DNA of 63,938 nt, filler included, from an uncultured bacterium (lineage in GTDB: Bacteria; Hinthialibacterota; Hinthialibacteria; Hinthialibacterales; Hinthialibacteraceae): the NCBI GenBank assembly GCA_964449065.1. It is 4 parts of 4 records of this genome, joined end to end, with 100 filler letters (N's around TTAATTAATTAA, not from the genome) between each part and the next. Parts side by side here need not be neighbours in the genome. Positions count along the whole stretch, not along the records: positions 16,221 to 32,328 come from CAYVAZ010000093.1; positions 32,429 to 48,521 come from CAYVAZ010000094.1; 2 more parts are not named here. The stretch is one strand, 5' to 3'. Below, one piece after another: positions 30,493-39,892 of this stretch. A model generated the notes under the pieces. It had not been told where the DNA came from, made no database searches, and worked only from the letters and a program-made list of their open reading frames with translations. Each line of letters opens with the position of its first letter. Position 1 is the stretch's first letter. The position numbers and the translations under genes are program-made.

Positions 30493-31239
30493 TTACATCA
30501 ACATGCCGCCGTCAACGGTAAAGACTTGTCCGGTAATAAATGAAGCTTCATCCGAGGCCAAAAACGCCGCCAACGCGGCAATGTCGTTCGCTTCGCCAAA
30601 ACGCCCCAGGGGGATGTACTGCAACACGCCTTCTTTTACTTCATCCTTCATCGCTGCCGTCATATCGGTTTCGATAAAGCCCGGGGCAATCACATTTACG
30701 TTGATCCCTCTTGCGGCCACTTCTTTCGCGAGGGATTTCGACATGCCGATCATCCCCGCCTTCGAGGCCGCGTAATTCGCCTGCCCCGCATTCCCCATCA
30801 ATCCGACAATCGAGGCGATGTTGATCATCTTGCCGGACCGCGCTTTCATCATCGGCTTCATCGCGGCGCGGCAAAAATAAAACGCCCCGTTCAGGTTCAC
30901 GGATAACACCCGGTTCCAGTCATCGTCTTTCATGCGCATGGAAAGAGTATCTTTGGTGATGCCGGCATTGTTGACCAAGATATCGATCGAACCAAAGGTC
31001 TCCACACAAAATGCCACCGCTTGATCCGCGGCGTTGGATTCTTCGGCATTGGCGGCAAAACCTTTTACGGGATACCCTTTGCCGTTTAGTTCTTCTTCTA
31101 CCCGCTTCAAAGTCTCTTCATTGCGTCCGGTGAACACAACCGATGCGCCTTCATCGGCCAGACGTTCCACTATCGCTTTGCCGATGCCGCGCGAACCGCC
31201 GGTCACCAACGCGTTTTTCTTTTGCAATCGCTTTTCCAT
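30493..31239 (-). CDS. fabG: 3-oxoacyl-ACP reductase
   Basis: TGGSRGIG, NNAGITKD, GQANYAASK; fab operon context. Confidence 0.96.
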   Translation of the reverse strand: MEKRLQKKNALVTGGSRGIGKAIVERLADEGASVVFTGRNEETLKRVEEELNGKGYPVKGFAANAEESNAADQAVAFCVETFGSIDILVNNAGITKDTLSMRMKDDDWNRVLSVNLNGAFYFCRAAMKPMMKARSGKMINIASIVGLMGNAGQANYAASKAGMIGMSKSLAKEVAARGINVNVIAPGFIETDMTAAMKDEVKEGVLQYIPLGRFGEANDIAALAAFLASDEASFITGQVFTVDGGMLM

Positions 31240-31240
31240 G

Positions 31241-32152
31241 TTATTCCAATACCGCTTTCATATTCTCTATTGTCGAGGTAGGCCGGCATATATAATCGTC
31301 ACAGCACGCCTTTGCCAGACCGCACAACACCTCTCCCGGTCCCACTTCCAGCGCTTGATCCGTATGTTTCTCCATCCACTTCATGGTTTCGATCCATTGC
31401 ACGGAAGACGTAAACTGCGCCGCCAATAACTCTTTGATCTTGGCCGGATCGCTTTCCGGCTGCGCGGTGTTGTTGGATACCCACGGCACGGAGGGTTCCT
31501 TGACCTCAATGGATTGCATGAATGACCAAAATTCATCCCGCGCTTTTTGCATCAGCGGAGAATGAAACGCCCCGCTGACCGGTAACGGTACGATGCGCCG
31601 CGCGCCTTTATCTTTGAGAATCGGCGTCACAGCCTCGACGGCGTCTTTTTCACCGGTAATGACGGTTTGTTTGGGGGAATTGTAATTGGCAACGCTTACT
31701 TGCCCCTCCGTATATGCTACGCAAACATCGCGGATGGATTGCGGTTCAAGCCCCAACACAGCCGCCATGGCGCCCATCCCTGCCAACTTGTGCATCAAAC
31801 AAGCCCGTTGTGAGATGACATTTAAGCCGGTTTCAAAATCCCATGCACCGGCTGCGGTTAACGCGGCAAATTCGCCCGCGCTGTGGCCGGCAACGGCAGC
31901 CGGCTGAATACCATTCGCTATTAAATCATCCGCCGTCGCGCAACTAATGATGTAAATAGCGGGCTGCGTAAAAATGGTGATATCCAATGAGGGAATACCG
32001 TCGGTTTTCTTTAAACTGAGAACATCCCACCCTAAGAGATCTTCGGCCTGTTTGCAGCGCCGCAAAAACGCCACCGAAGCCTCTGCCATATCCGCGCCCA
32101 TGCCTTCAAACTGCGAACCCTGACCCGGAAATAAAAACGCTGTGGAACTCAT
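31241..32152 (-). CDS. fabD: malonyl-CoA:ACP transacylase
   Basis: FPGQGSQ, GHSAGE, VSGAFHS, EVGPG.VL. Confidence 0.96.
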   Translation of the reverse strand: MSSTAFLFPGQGSQFEGMGADMAEASVAFLRRCKQAEDLLGWDVLSLKKTDGIPSLDITIFTQPAIYIISCATADDLIANGIQPAAVAGHSAGEFAALTAAGAWDFETGLNVISQRACLMHKLAGMGAMAAVLGLEPQSIRDVCVAYTEGQVSVANYNSPKQTVITGEKDAVEAVTPILKDKGARRIVPLPVSGAFHSPLMQKARDEFWSFMQSIEVKEPSVPWVSNNTAQPESDPAKIKELLAAQFTSSVQWIETMKWMEKHTDQALEVGPGEVLCGLAKACCDDYICRPTSTIENMKAVLE

Positions 32153-32248
32153 GATGTTTTTTCCATTTTGTGTATTTAAGTATTATTGTAGGGTTGGCCG
32201 CGTTGTTCTGACCCACCGTTCACAATTGTGAAATGCTTTCTTTTTTCG

Positions 32249-32328
32249 TAACAGGTCAGCGATATGAAGTGCATTTCAAAAAATCGAATCGATTTTCTCA
32301 TTCCTCCCCCAATGCAATGGGGGAGGCT
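32249..32328. repeat. ~80-bp dispersed repeat ending in the CCTCCCCCAATGCAATGGGGGAGG hairpin; second copy at 62774-62854
   Basis: Near-identical TAACAGGTCAGCGATATGAAGTGCAT...GGGGGAGGCT; this copy ends exactly at the contig break. Confidence 0.88.
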
Positions 32329-32428
32329 NNNNNNNNNNNNNNNNNNNNNNNNNNNNNNNNNNNNNNNNNNNNTTAATTAATTAANNNNNNNNNNNNNNNN
32401 NNNNNNNNNNNNNNNNNNNNNNNNNNNN
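32329..32428. other. artificial contig linker
   Basis: N44-TTAATTAATTAA-N44. Confidence 0.97.
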
Positions 32429-32429
32429 T

Positions 32430-33078
32430 CCCAACAAATGGCTGATGACGCATTCATCTATCGTGCCGATGGAGTTCAACGGACAGCGCATGTACCTCTA
32501 CTGCGCCAGCGGAGGCGTTGTGGGTGTCTCGGCAGAAGACGGCAGCATCTTGTGGGAAACACCGGAATGGATCATCCGCATGGCGAACGTGCCGTCACCA
32601 CTGGTGATCGATGAAAGCCGTATCTTTTTCAGCGGGGGATATCAAGCGGGCAGCATGATGCTGCAACTGAAACAAGAGGGAGAGAACATTGTTCCTGAAG
32701 TGCTGTTTCGTTTGGAAGACAAGCAGTTTGGTGTGACGCAGCATACCCCGATTTTGTATGAAGAGCATATTTACGGTGTCCGCCCNNNNNNNNNNCCTGG
32801 ATTTGGAAGGCAATGAGAAATGGGCCAGCACACCTAATTACAAGTTTGATTTAGGCCCGTATATGCTGATTGATGAAATCTTGTATGTCATGGACGATGG
32901 CGGCTTGCTCAGCCGTGTGCGCATATCACCGCATTCTTTTGACTTGATCGATCAAACCCAAGTGCTGCATGGCCACGAGGCCTGGGCGCCAATGGCCTAC
33001 GCGAACGGCCGCTTGGTTCTACGCGATTTCACCAATATGGCCTGCATCCAAATCGCCGAACCAAAGCCGGGTGTGTAA
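32430..33078 (+). CDS. PQQ-like (BamB-type) beta-propeller protein, 5' partial, spans the 10-N gap at 32786-32795
   Basis: GSILWE, PSPL, TPILY..HIYG, LDLEG.EKW, WAPMAYANGRLVLRD. Confidence 0.8.
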
Positions 33079-33094
33079 ACGGGAGGTATAACCA

Positions 33095-34093
33095 ATGAAA
33101 ACGAAAAAACCAAACCGCAGGGAATTGCTGCAAAACGTCGGGCGCAGTGTCGCACTCAGCGCGGCAGCGGTTACCGGAATTCATTCAGCGGTGAAAGCAT
33201 CGACTCCATCGCAAAGCCGCTTGCGGTCGCTGCTGAAAGTGGATGAAGATTTGATTCTGTATGAAGAGTCTGAAGACCCCATCCAAACCGGAATGAAAAA
33301 TCCCCGTAAAATTGCTTTGGATAGGCAAGACAATATTTATATTGCCGGTAGACAATCCATCAAACGCTTCTCACCAAGCGGACAAGTGCAATCCTTCTCC
33401 ATCCCAACGGAGCAAAACATTACGGCATTGTATGTCACTGCGGATAACCATTTTTATGTTGGTTTAAACAACCGGATACAGGTATTCGACGCCAAAGGGC
33501 AAAGCCAAAAACAATGGGAACCGGTAAACGGAGACGCAATCATTTCCTCCATCGGCTCGTACGGTGACGATGTGTTTGCCGCCGACACGGGCAACCGGGT
33601 GATTCATCATTACAAAGCCGATGGCACATACATCAAAGAGTTCGGCGAATTTGTGATCCCCAGTTTGTATTTCGATATTGCGGTCACCGGGTCGGATGAG
33701 ATTTATGCCGCCAACTGCGGCAAACACCGCATCGAATGCTACCGCTTTAACGGCAACATGAAAGCGTGGTGGGGATCGTTTTCAATGACCGATCCGGAAA
33801 AATTCTGCGGATGCTGCAACCCCGTGAGTTTTGCCGTGCTGCCGGATGATCAAGGGTTCATCACCAGCGAAAAAGGGTTTACCCGCATGAAATGGTATGA
33901 CACCAATGGAGACCTAAACGGATTTGTCGCCGGACCGCAGCAATTTTCCCGCACCCAACTCAATTTAGAACGCATGGATACATTCACCAGCCCATATGGG
34001 ATTGATATCGCTGTTGATTCAGAGGGACGGGTCATTGCGCTGGAACCCCAAAAATCGGAAATTCGGATATTCACGAAGAAAACCAAAGCATAA
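33095..34093 (+). CDS. Tat-signal NHL-repeat/6-bladed beta-propeller protein with FCGCCNP motif
   Basis: NRRELL twin-Arg leader; IALD..NIYIA, AADTGNRVI and DIAVDSEGRV repeats. Confidence 0.8.
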   Translation: MKTKKPNRRELLQNVGRSVALSAAAVTGIHSAVKASTPSQSRLRSLLKVDEDLILYEESEDPIQTGMKNPRKIALDRQDNIYIAGRQSIKRFSPSGQVQSFSIPTEQNITALYVTADNHFYVGLNNRIQVFDAKGQSQKQWEPVNGDAIISSIGSYGDDVFAADTGNRVIHHYKADGTYIKEFGEFVIPSLYFDIAVTGSDEIYAANCGKHRIECYRFNGNMKAWWGSFSMTDPEKFCGCCNPVSFAVLPDDQGFITSEKGFTRMKWYDTNGDLNGFVAGPQQFSRTQLNLERMDTFTSPYGIDIAVDSEGRVIALEPQKSEIRIFTKKTKA

Positions 34094-34105
34094 TGGAAAT
34101 AGCGG

Positions 34106-34351
34106 ATGAAAAATATGACTTCACAAACAAACAATAGGCGCGAATGGATTCGAACCGCGGGGCGGGTGGCTGCTTTAGCGGGTTTATCGCTCTTGGGCCT
34201 GAGTGTATTGCACAAAAAGACCAACCGGGGTGATGAAGATTGCCAGCAAATTACACTTTGCCAAGGCTGCGGTGTGTTTGAAGCCTGCCGCTTACCGCAA
34301 GCAATAAACGTGAAGAAATCGCAAAAGGAGAATCCAAATGCCGAAGCCTAA
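34106..34351 (+). CDS. small twin-Arg/TM protein with CxxxxxCxxCxxxxxC motif (possible Fe-S)
   Basis: RREWIR, hydrophobic helix, CQQITLCQGCGVFEAC; tightly packed in the operon. Confidence 0.65.
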   Translation: MKNMTSQTNNRREWIRTAGRVAALAGLSLLGLSVLHKKTNRGDEDCQQITLCQGCGVFEACRLPQAINVKKSQKENPNAEA

Positions 34352-34904
34352 AGATATACCAAGACGCAGTGTGTTGCGGGATGGCGCGCGCGGTGTGATG
34401 CTGCTGATGGCCGGCGGCGCGGCGGGCTATTTGGGCAGCCGGGTGCAGGCGGATGAATATGTCTGGCAGATCGATCCGCACAAATGCACCATGTGCGGGT
34501 TGTGCGCGACATCCTGCGTGTTGGATGAATCGGCGGTGAAGTGCATTCAAAAGTATGAGATGTGCGGCTATTGCAAACTGTGCACGGGGTATTTTGATCC
34601 CGCCCCCTTCAATTTGGATACCGGCGCGGAGAATCAACTCTGCCCCACCAACGCCATCAAACGCAACTTTATCGAAGACCCTTATTTTGAATACAAAATC
34701 GATGAGAGCCTCTGCATCGGATGCGGCAAATGCGTGAAGTGGTGCAAGGCCTTCGGCAATGCTTCGATGTATCTGCAAATCAAACATGACCGTTGTGTGA
34801 ACTGCAACGAATGTGCTATCGCGCAGGCCTGCCCCGCCGATGCCATCGAACGTGTGCCTTTGGAAAAACCGTATAACTTTAAAGGACAAACCGAAAGCGA
34901 ATGA
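34338..34904 (+). CDS. Tat-signal polyferredoxin (about four 4Fe-4S motifs)
   Basis: PRRSVL leader; CTMCGLCATSC, CGYCKLC, CIGCGKCVKWC, CVNCNEC...CP. Confidence 0.88.
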   Translation: MPKPKDIPRRSVLRDGARGVMLLMAGGAAGYLGSRVQADEYVWQIDPHKCTMCGLCATSCVLDESAVKCIQKYEMCGYCKLCTGYFDPAPFNLDTGAENQLCPTNAIKRNFIEDPYFEYKIDESLCIGCGKCVKWCKAFGNASMYLQIKHDRCVNCNECAIAQACPADAIERVPLEKPYNFKGQTESE

Positions 34905-36217
34905 AACGTTATTATTTTGTATTGCTATTATTACTGCTATTTCCTGCGTCCCTTTTTTCGGCAGAAGATATCCAGCGCTTTCCGCCACCGGATTTCGAAA
35001 GCGGCTACTCATTTCCCGTCGAGCAGCATCCCCTGCCCAAAAGCGATTGGGAGCATCTCTTTGATATCGTTGTATTGCTTGGCGCTCTTTCATTGGCATC
35101 GTATTTTGTCATCAAAAAGCGCAGCCGCAACGCGATCTTTTATTTGGGAATCTTTTCTCTGGTTTATTTCGGGTTTATTCGTCAGGGCTGTATTTGCTCG
35201 ATCGGGGCGATTCAAAACGTTGCGTTATCGTTGTTCGATAGCGGATACACATTAACCCTGGTGGCCGCGGCTTTCTTCATCCTGCCGCTGCTGTTTACAT
35301 TGTTTTTTGGCAGAGTCTTTTGCGCTGGAGTGTGCCCGCTGGGAGCGATACAGGATGTCTTTTTGATCCGTCCCATGCAAATCCCACGTTGGCTGCATCA
35401 TGCGTTGAGTATGCTTCCCTATCTGTATTTGGGATCCGCCGTGTTGTTCGCGGTGTTCGGCAGCGCGTTCATTATTTGTGAGTACGACCCGTTTGTCAGT
35501 TTCTTCCGCATGTCCGGCGATTTCTCCATTCTCCTTTTCGGAGCAGTTCTGCTTGGGATAGGGATGTTTGTCGGCAGGCCGTATTGCTTGTATTTATGCC
35601 CTTACAGCGTGCTGCTGAAATGGTTTTCGCAATTCTCACAATGGCGGGTCACCGTCGGACCGGATGAGTACGAATGCGTCCAATGCGAAGGCTGTGAAAA
35701 CGCCTGCCCCTTTGGCGCGATTACCCCGCCGACGAATGAAGAAATGCGGCACCCCAATCCGCAAGATCGCCAAAGGGTTGTGATGTACGCAGTATTAACG
35801 CCGCTTTTGATTGCAGTCAGCGCGTGGCTGTTTTCGTATGCCGCGCCGTTGTTTTCGAAAATGGATTACACCGTGCAATTGGCGGAACGTGTATACATGG
35901 AAGAAACCGGCCAAGTCGAAGGTATGACCGATGCCAGCCAAGCTTTTTGGGATACCGGCCAGGCCGTCGGTGTTTTGTATGAACAGGCGGAATCAGTGCG
36001 GAATAACTATGAGATCGGCTTATGGATTCTGGGCGGATTTATGGGGTTGATTCTTTGTATGAAACTGATCAATCAATCCTGGTTCCGTAAGCGAATTGTG
36101 TATGAAGCCGACCGCGCGAGGTGCGTGGCCTGCGGACGCTGCTTTTGCACCTGCCCGTTAGAGATAAAGCGGATGAAGAAAATTCGGTCTGTCCCGTCGG
36201 AAGCTCCGGTGAATTGA
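34901..36217 (+). CDS. polytopic membrane Fe-S protein (NapH/CcoG/NosR-like)
   Basis: Multiple TM segments, GRVFCAGVCPLG and YCLYLCP (CxxxCP), CVQCEGCENACP, CVACGRCFCTCP; ATGA overlap with the ferredoxin gene. Confidence 0.88.
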   Translation: MKRYYFVLLLLLLFPASLFSAEDIQRFPPPDFESGYSFPVEQHPLPKSDWEHLFDIVVLLGALSLASYFVIKKRSRNAIFYLGIFSLVYFGFIRQGCICSIGAIQNVALSLFDSGYTLTLVAAAFFILPLLFTLFFGRVFCAGVCPLGAIQDVFLIRPMQIPRWLHHALSMLPYLYLGSAVLFAVFGSAFIICEYDPFVSFFRMSGDFSILLFGAVLLGIGMFVGRPYCLYLCPYSVLLKWFSQFSQWRVTVGPDEYECVQCEGCENACPFGAITPPTNEEMRHPNPQDRQRVVMYAVLTPLLIAVSAWLFSYAAPLFSKMDYTVQLAERVYMEETGQVEGMTDASQAFWDTGQAVGVLYEQAESVRNNYEIGLWILGGFMGLILCMKLINQSWFRKRIVYEADRARCVACGRCFCTCPLEIKRMKKIRSVPSEAPVN

Positions 36218-36329
36218 AATCGCGGGAAAAACAGGTTTGCCGTTGGGAGGGCGAGGCTCCCGCCGGGCCGGAAGCACTGTTTGGCTGAATCAGAGCGTAA
36301 GTTTGGCGTTCGATATAGGTGAATGAATC

Positions 36330-38093
36330 ATGATCAAGTTGAAAGATATTCCCATCCTTAAAGCTGTCCACTGGCCTATGGCTGCCAGAGGGGCGGCTTG
36401 GATTTCGGGCATTTTCTCGCTTTTGGTTGCTGTTGTTCTTTTGACAAACTATATCCAAGAACATTCCGGCTTGCCGGAAAAGGAGCGCATTTATTCCGCC
36501 CAAATTGCGGAACTGAAGACGCAACTGCAAGAGAATCCCCAAAACGATGCGCTGAAAGAAGAAATCCGCCAACTTGATTTGAAACTCCGTGAAGATTACT
36601 TTTTAAGTAAATCAATTATCAATCAGGGAAGTTCCTTGCTGTTAATTGGGATAATCGTATTTCTAATATCCATCAAATACTTGGTCTCATTAAAGCCCAT
36701 CATTCGCAACAAGAAAAACAAAAACCGCGACCCCAATGAAGAAGCCATAAAAAAGGAGAACGCACGAAAAGCCATATACGGTACCGGGGTTGTGTTGTTT
36801 GCGTGTGCCGTGAGTGTGGCGCTGGTGCCGACGGTTGAGATTCCATCGCCATCCGGTGATGACGCGGTCGCGGCTGCCCCAACGTATCCCACGCAAGAAG
36901 AGTTGGAAGACAACTGGCCGCGCTTTCGCGGCCCCGGCGGGTTAGGGATATCGAAACACGGGAATGTTCCCATGCATTGGAATGAGGACACCGGCGAAGG
37001 TATCGCGTGGAAAACGGAAATCCCTCTCCCCGGCAAGAACTCGCCCATCATTTGGGGTGACCGGGTGTTCTTAGCCGGCGCGGATGAAGACAACAAAGTG
37101 ATGTATTGCTATTCGGCCGTCTCCGGCGATTTGCTCTGGCAGCATTCGCTTAACGATATTCCCATTATTTCACAGGAAGAGCCGCAAGTGTTCATCGATA
37201 CCGGCTGGGCCGCCGCCACCATGGCGTGCGACGGTTCCCGCGTGTTCGCCATCTTCGCGGACGGTGTGATCGGCAGCTGCGATTTGGAAGGCAACCGCGT
37301 GTGGGCGCAGCATTTGGGGGTGCCGGATAACTTCTACGGCGTTGCCTCGTCGCTGGCCTGTTTTGAAGACCTGTTATTGGTGCAGTTTGACCAGGGGCAT
37401 GAAGACGATGATAAATCCGCCATGATTGCATTGCATGGCAAAACCGGCAAGGTTGCTTGGGAGGTCAAACGCCCGGTTGCCAGCACGTGGACCTCTCCGA
37501 TCATTATTGAAACACCGGAAAACCACCAACTCATCACCTGTTCGCAGCCGTGGGTGATTTCGTATCTCCCCAAAACCGGGGAAGAGCTGTGGCGCGCGAA
37601 TTTGTTGGGCAGGGATTTGGCGCCGTCTCCTGTTTATGCCAATAACTTGGTGATTGCGGTTCAGCCGTTTGAGTTGATCTTTGCGGTGAAAACCGATGGC
37701 CGCGGTGATGTGACCGAATCGCATTTGGCATGGGAACTGGATTATCCCGCGCCGGAAATTGTCAGTCCGGTCGCGATGGACGATATGCTGTTTATTCTCT
37801 CCGGCGGATTTTTATCCTGCCACGATTTGAACAACGAAGGCGAAGTGATGTGGGAAGAAGATATGGGCGATTCGTTTTTGGCCTCTCCCACAATCGTGGG
37901 CGATTGGATTTACTGCATCAGCGAAGAAGGCACAACCTATTTCGCCAAAGCCGGAAACGAGTTTGTACTGGCCGAACACAGCAGTTCCATCAATGATAAA
38001 GTCACCGCTTCCCCGGCGTTCTCGGACGGCAAAATTGTCATCCGCAGTGAGTCGTTTTTGTATGGAATTGAAGGAGCGAAGGAAAACATTTAG
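36330..38093 (+). CDS. membrane-anchored PQQ-like beta-propeller protein
   Basis: Three TM segments plus coiled coil, then NWPRFRGPGG and repeated SP...G..W blades. Confidence 0.85.
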   Translation: MIKLKDIPILKAVHWPMAARGAAWISGIFSLLVAVVLLTNYIQEHSGLPEKERIYSAQIAELKTQLQENPQNDALKEEIRQLDLKLREDYFLSKSIINQGSSLLLIGIIVFLISIKYLVSLKPIIRNKKNKNRDPNEEAIKKENARKAIYGTGVVLFACAVSVALVPTVEIPSPSGDDAVAAAPTYPTQEELEDNWPRFRGPGGLGISKHGNVPMHWNEDTGEGIAWKTEIPLPGKNSPIIWGDRVFLAGADEDNKVMYCYSAVSGDLLWQHSLNDIPIISQEEPQVFIDTGWAAATMACDGSRVFAIFADGVIGSCDLEGNRVWAQHLGVPDNFYGVASSLACFEDLLLVQFDQGHEDDDKSAMIALHGKTGKVAWEVKRPVASTWTSPIIIETPENHQLITCSQPWVISYLPKTGEELWRANLLGRDLAPSPVYANNLVIAVQPFELIFAVKTDGRGDVTESHLAWELDYPAPEIVSPVAMDDMLFILSGGFLSCHDLNNEGEVMWEEDMGDSFLASPTIVGDWIYCISEEGTTYFAKAGNEFVLAEHSSSINDKVTASPAFSDGKIVIRSESFLYGIEGAKENI

Positions 38094-38172
38094 AGTATTT
38101 GCCGAAATTGGGTAGCATTGGCTTCCAGCCGGTGCGTGCAAGAGTTCATTGCATTTTTCAAACTCTATTTAT

Positions 38173-39132
38173 TTATGTTTGCAAACATCCTTCACATGGA
38201 AGACCGCAAACAGGAAAATCTTCCAGCGAATACATCCGCCCGCGCGGGGCGGGGAAGGCGCAATTCAAGGCCGCTTCGGCTTGGGCTTGCTGAATGATGG
38301 ATTCCAACTGTTCGATCTCTTGCATAGCAGCTTGATAATCGTTCTTTCTCAACAATTCATGGATAAACCGTGCGGTGGTCCAATCGCCCGCTCCCGATGC
38401 ATCGGCAAAATTATCACACTCCAATGAAGGCATAATGATCCATTTGCCGCTGCGTTTTGGAACGGTGCGAAACCGAATTCCCTCGCTGCCTAAAGTCTGT
38501 ATCTCAACTCTCACCTCATAGTCTTCGATTTGCTTCTCCAATCCCGCTAACAGTGGAATCCGCTCTTCCGAATACTTCACGATATCCGTCCATTTCAACA
38601 ACGGTGCCAATAACGCGGGTTTTTCAATGCGGTTGGGTTCGAACATGATCAATGCCCCGCGCTGTTTGCATTCTATCATCAAGCGTAAGCAAGCTTCGGA
38701 TAACCGCTCGATCAAACAGACATCAATTTGTTTGGGGAGACGTTGAATTGCATTGTCTATTAACTCATCCGTTGGAGGGCTGAATTTAGGAAATGCGGTT
38801 TTGCAATTGGGACACTGTTTATGAAACGTGTGGCCGCCGCTATCTGTTGTCATCAAATAGAGCGGCGTATGAATGCTGTTATCCTGTATGATAAGAGAAC
38901 GATCAAATTCGAATCCGACTAGATCTTTCATCAAGGATCGTCCTGCGGCATCGTTCCCAATCCGCCCCACCGGATAGATATCCCATCCCCATGAATGCAG
39001 CGCCAATAGTGGATTTAACGCACTGCCGCCCGCCATCAGCCAATAGCCGTCTTTACGCTCAATGGCATCCAGGCAGATCAATCCGGTGCTGACAATCGTT
39101 TTCTTAGTTGTTGTGAAAGAGGTATTCGGCAA
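38173..39132 (-). CDS. PfkB/ribokinase family kinase with Cys-rich inserts (start uncertain)
   Basis: AGGSALN, GRIGND.AG, TLGSEG, DASGAGD anion-hole motif. Confidence 0.82.
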   Translation of the reverse strand: MPNTSFTTTKKTIVSTGLICLDAIERKDGYWLMAGGSALNPLLALHSWGWDIYPVGRIGNDAAGRSLMKDLVGFEFDRSLIIQDNSIHTPLYLMTTDSGGHTFHKQCPNCKTAFPKFSPPTDELIDNAIQRLPKQIDVCLIERLSEACLRLMIECKQRGALIMFEPNRIEKPALLAPLLKWTDIVKYSEERIPLLAGLEKQIEDYEVRVEIQTLGSEGIRFRTVPKRSGKWIIMPSLECDNFADASGAGDWTTARFIHELLRKNDYQAAMQEIEQLESIIQQAQAEAALNCAFPAPRGRMYSLEDFPVCGLPCEGCLQT

Positions 39133-39892
39133 TGGAATGCAACAGTCCTTCCATAGTGTGTTCGTTGGCTTCAACGGCCGGCTCATGTCCGTGATCACGG
39201 ATGGTTTTGCTGGTCGAAGGGCCGATAGAGGCAAACAGCAGTTTCGCTGAAATATTATCAGTATGTTTCATGCAAGTCATAAACGCGTCCACGGTCGATG
39301 AACTGGTAAACAGCACCCAATAGGTTTTATTTTCGTTCAAGAGTTCAACAATACTATCATCATACTGCTGTGTATGTTCAGTATAATATGCTACTACTTG
39401 GTCAACATACCCGCCGTGTTCTTTCAACAAACCCGGCAGGGTTTCATGCGCGATTTGCGATGTGGGGAAAAGAAACGATTTCCCTTTGATCTCATACGTC
39501 TCTTTAAATTCATCAAAGAATGCCTCTGCGTTTGCATTACAGGGCATAAAGTCGTATTGAATACCATAGGCCTTTGCGGTTTCGTTGGTTTTCTTGCCAA
39601 TTACAGCACATTGTAAATTGCTCAGGATGGATATGCTTTGATTTAATTCCGTGAACCGTTTATAGAAAAATTCAACTCCATTTGAACTGGTCAACAAAAG
39701 CCAGTCGTAGCGGTTTATATGCAATATACAATCATCCAGCTTTGGCAGTTCTTTTTTAGGAAGACGAAAAGAAATCATCGGACAGGCAACGGGTTCTCCA
39801 CCTCTTTGTTGAATCAACGCGGCGGTATTTTGATAATCATCCACACTGCGCGTCACAAAAAATGTATGTCCTTCAAGCGGCTTGTTCATCAT
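39104..39892 (-). CDS. hemD: uroporphyrinogen-III synthase
   Basis: VTR, LTSSNGVE.F, IG.KT, FTSSSTV, SIGPSTS. Confidence 0.9.
   Translation of the reverse strand: MMNKPLEGHTFFVTRSVDDYQNTAALIQQRGGEPVACPMISFRLPKKELPKLDDCILHINRYDWLLLTSSNGVEFFYKRFTELNQSISILSNLQCAVIGKKTNETAKAYGIQYDFMPCNANAEAFFDEFKETYEIKGKSFLFPTSQIAHETLPGLLKEHGGYVDQVVAYYTEHTQQYDDSIVELLNENKTYWVLFTSSSTVDAFMTCMKHTDNISAKLLFASIGPSTSKTIRDHGHEPAVEANEHTMEGLLHSIAEYLFHNN

Noticed and set aside
34251..35099. Long antisense ORFs (e.g. 34251-35099, 44486-45202, 61712-62512) and other overlapping short ORFs
   Set aside because: Shadow frames opposite well-supported genes, with no motifs of their own.
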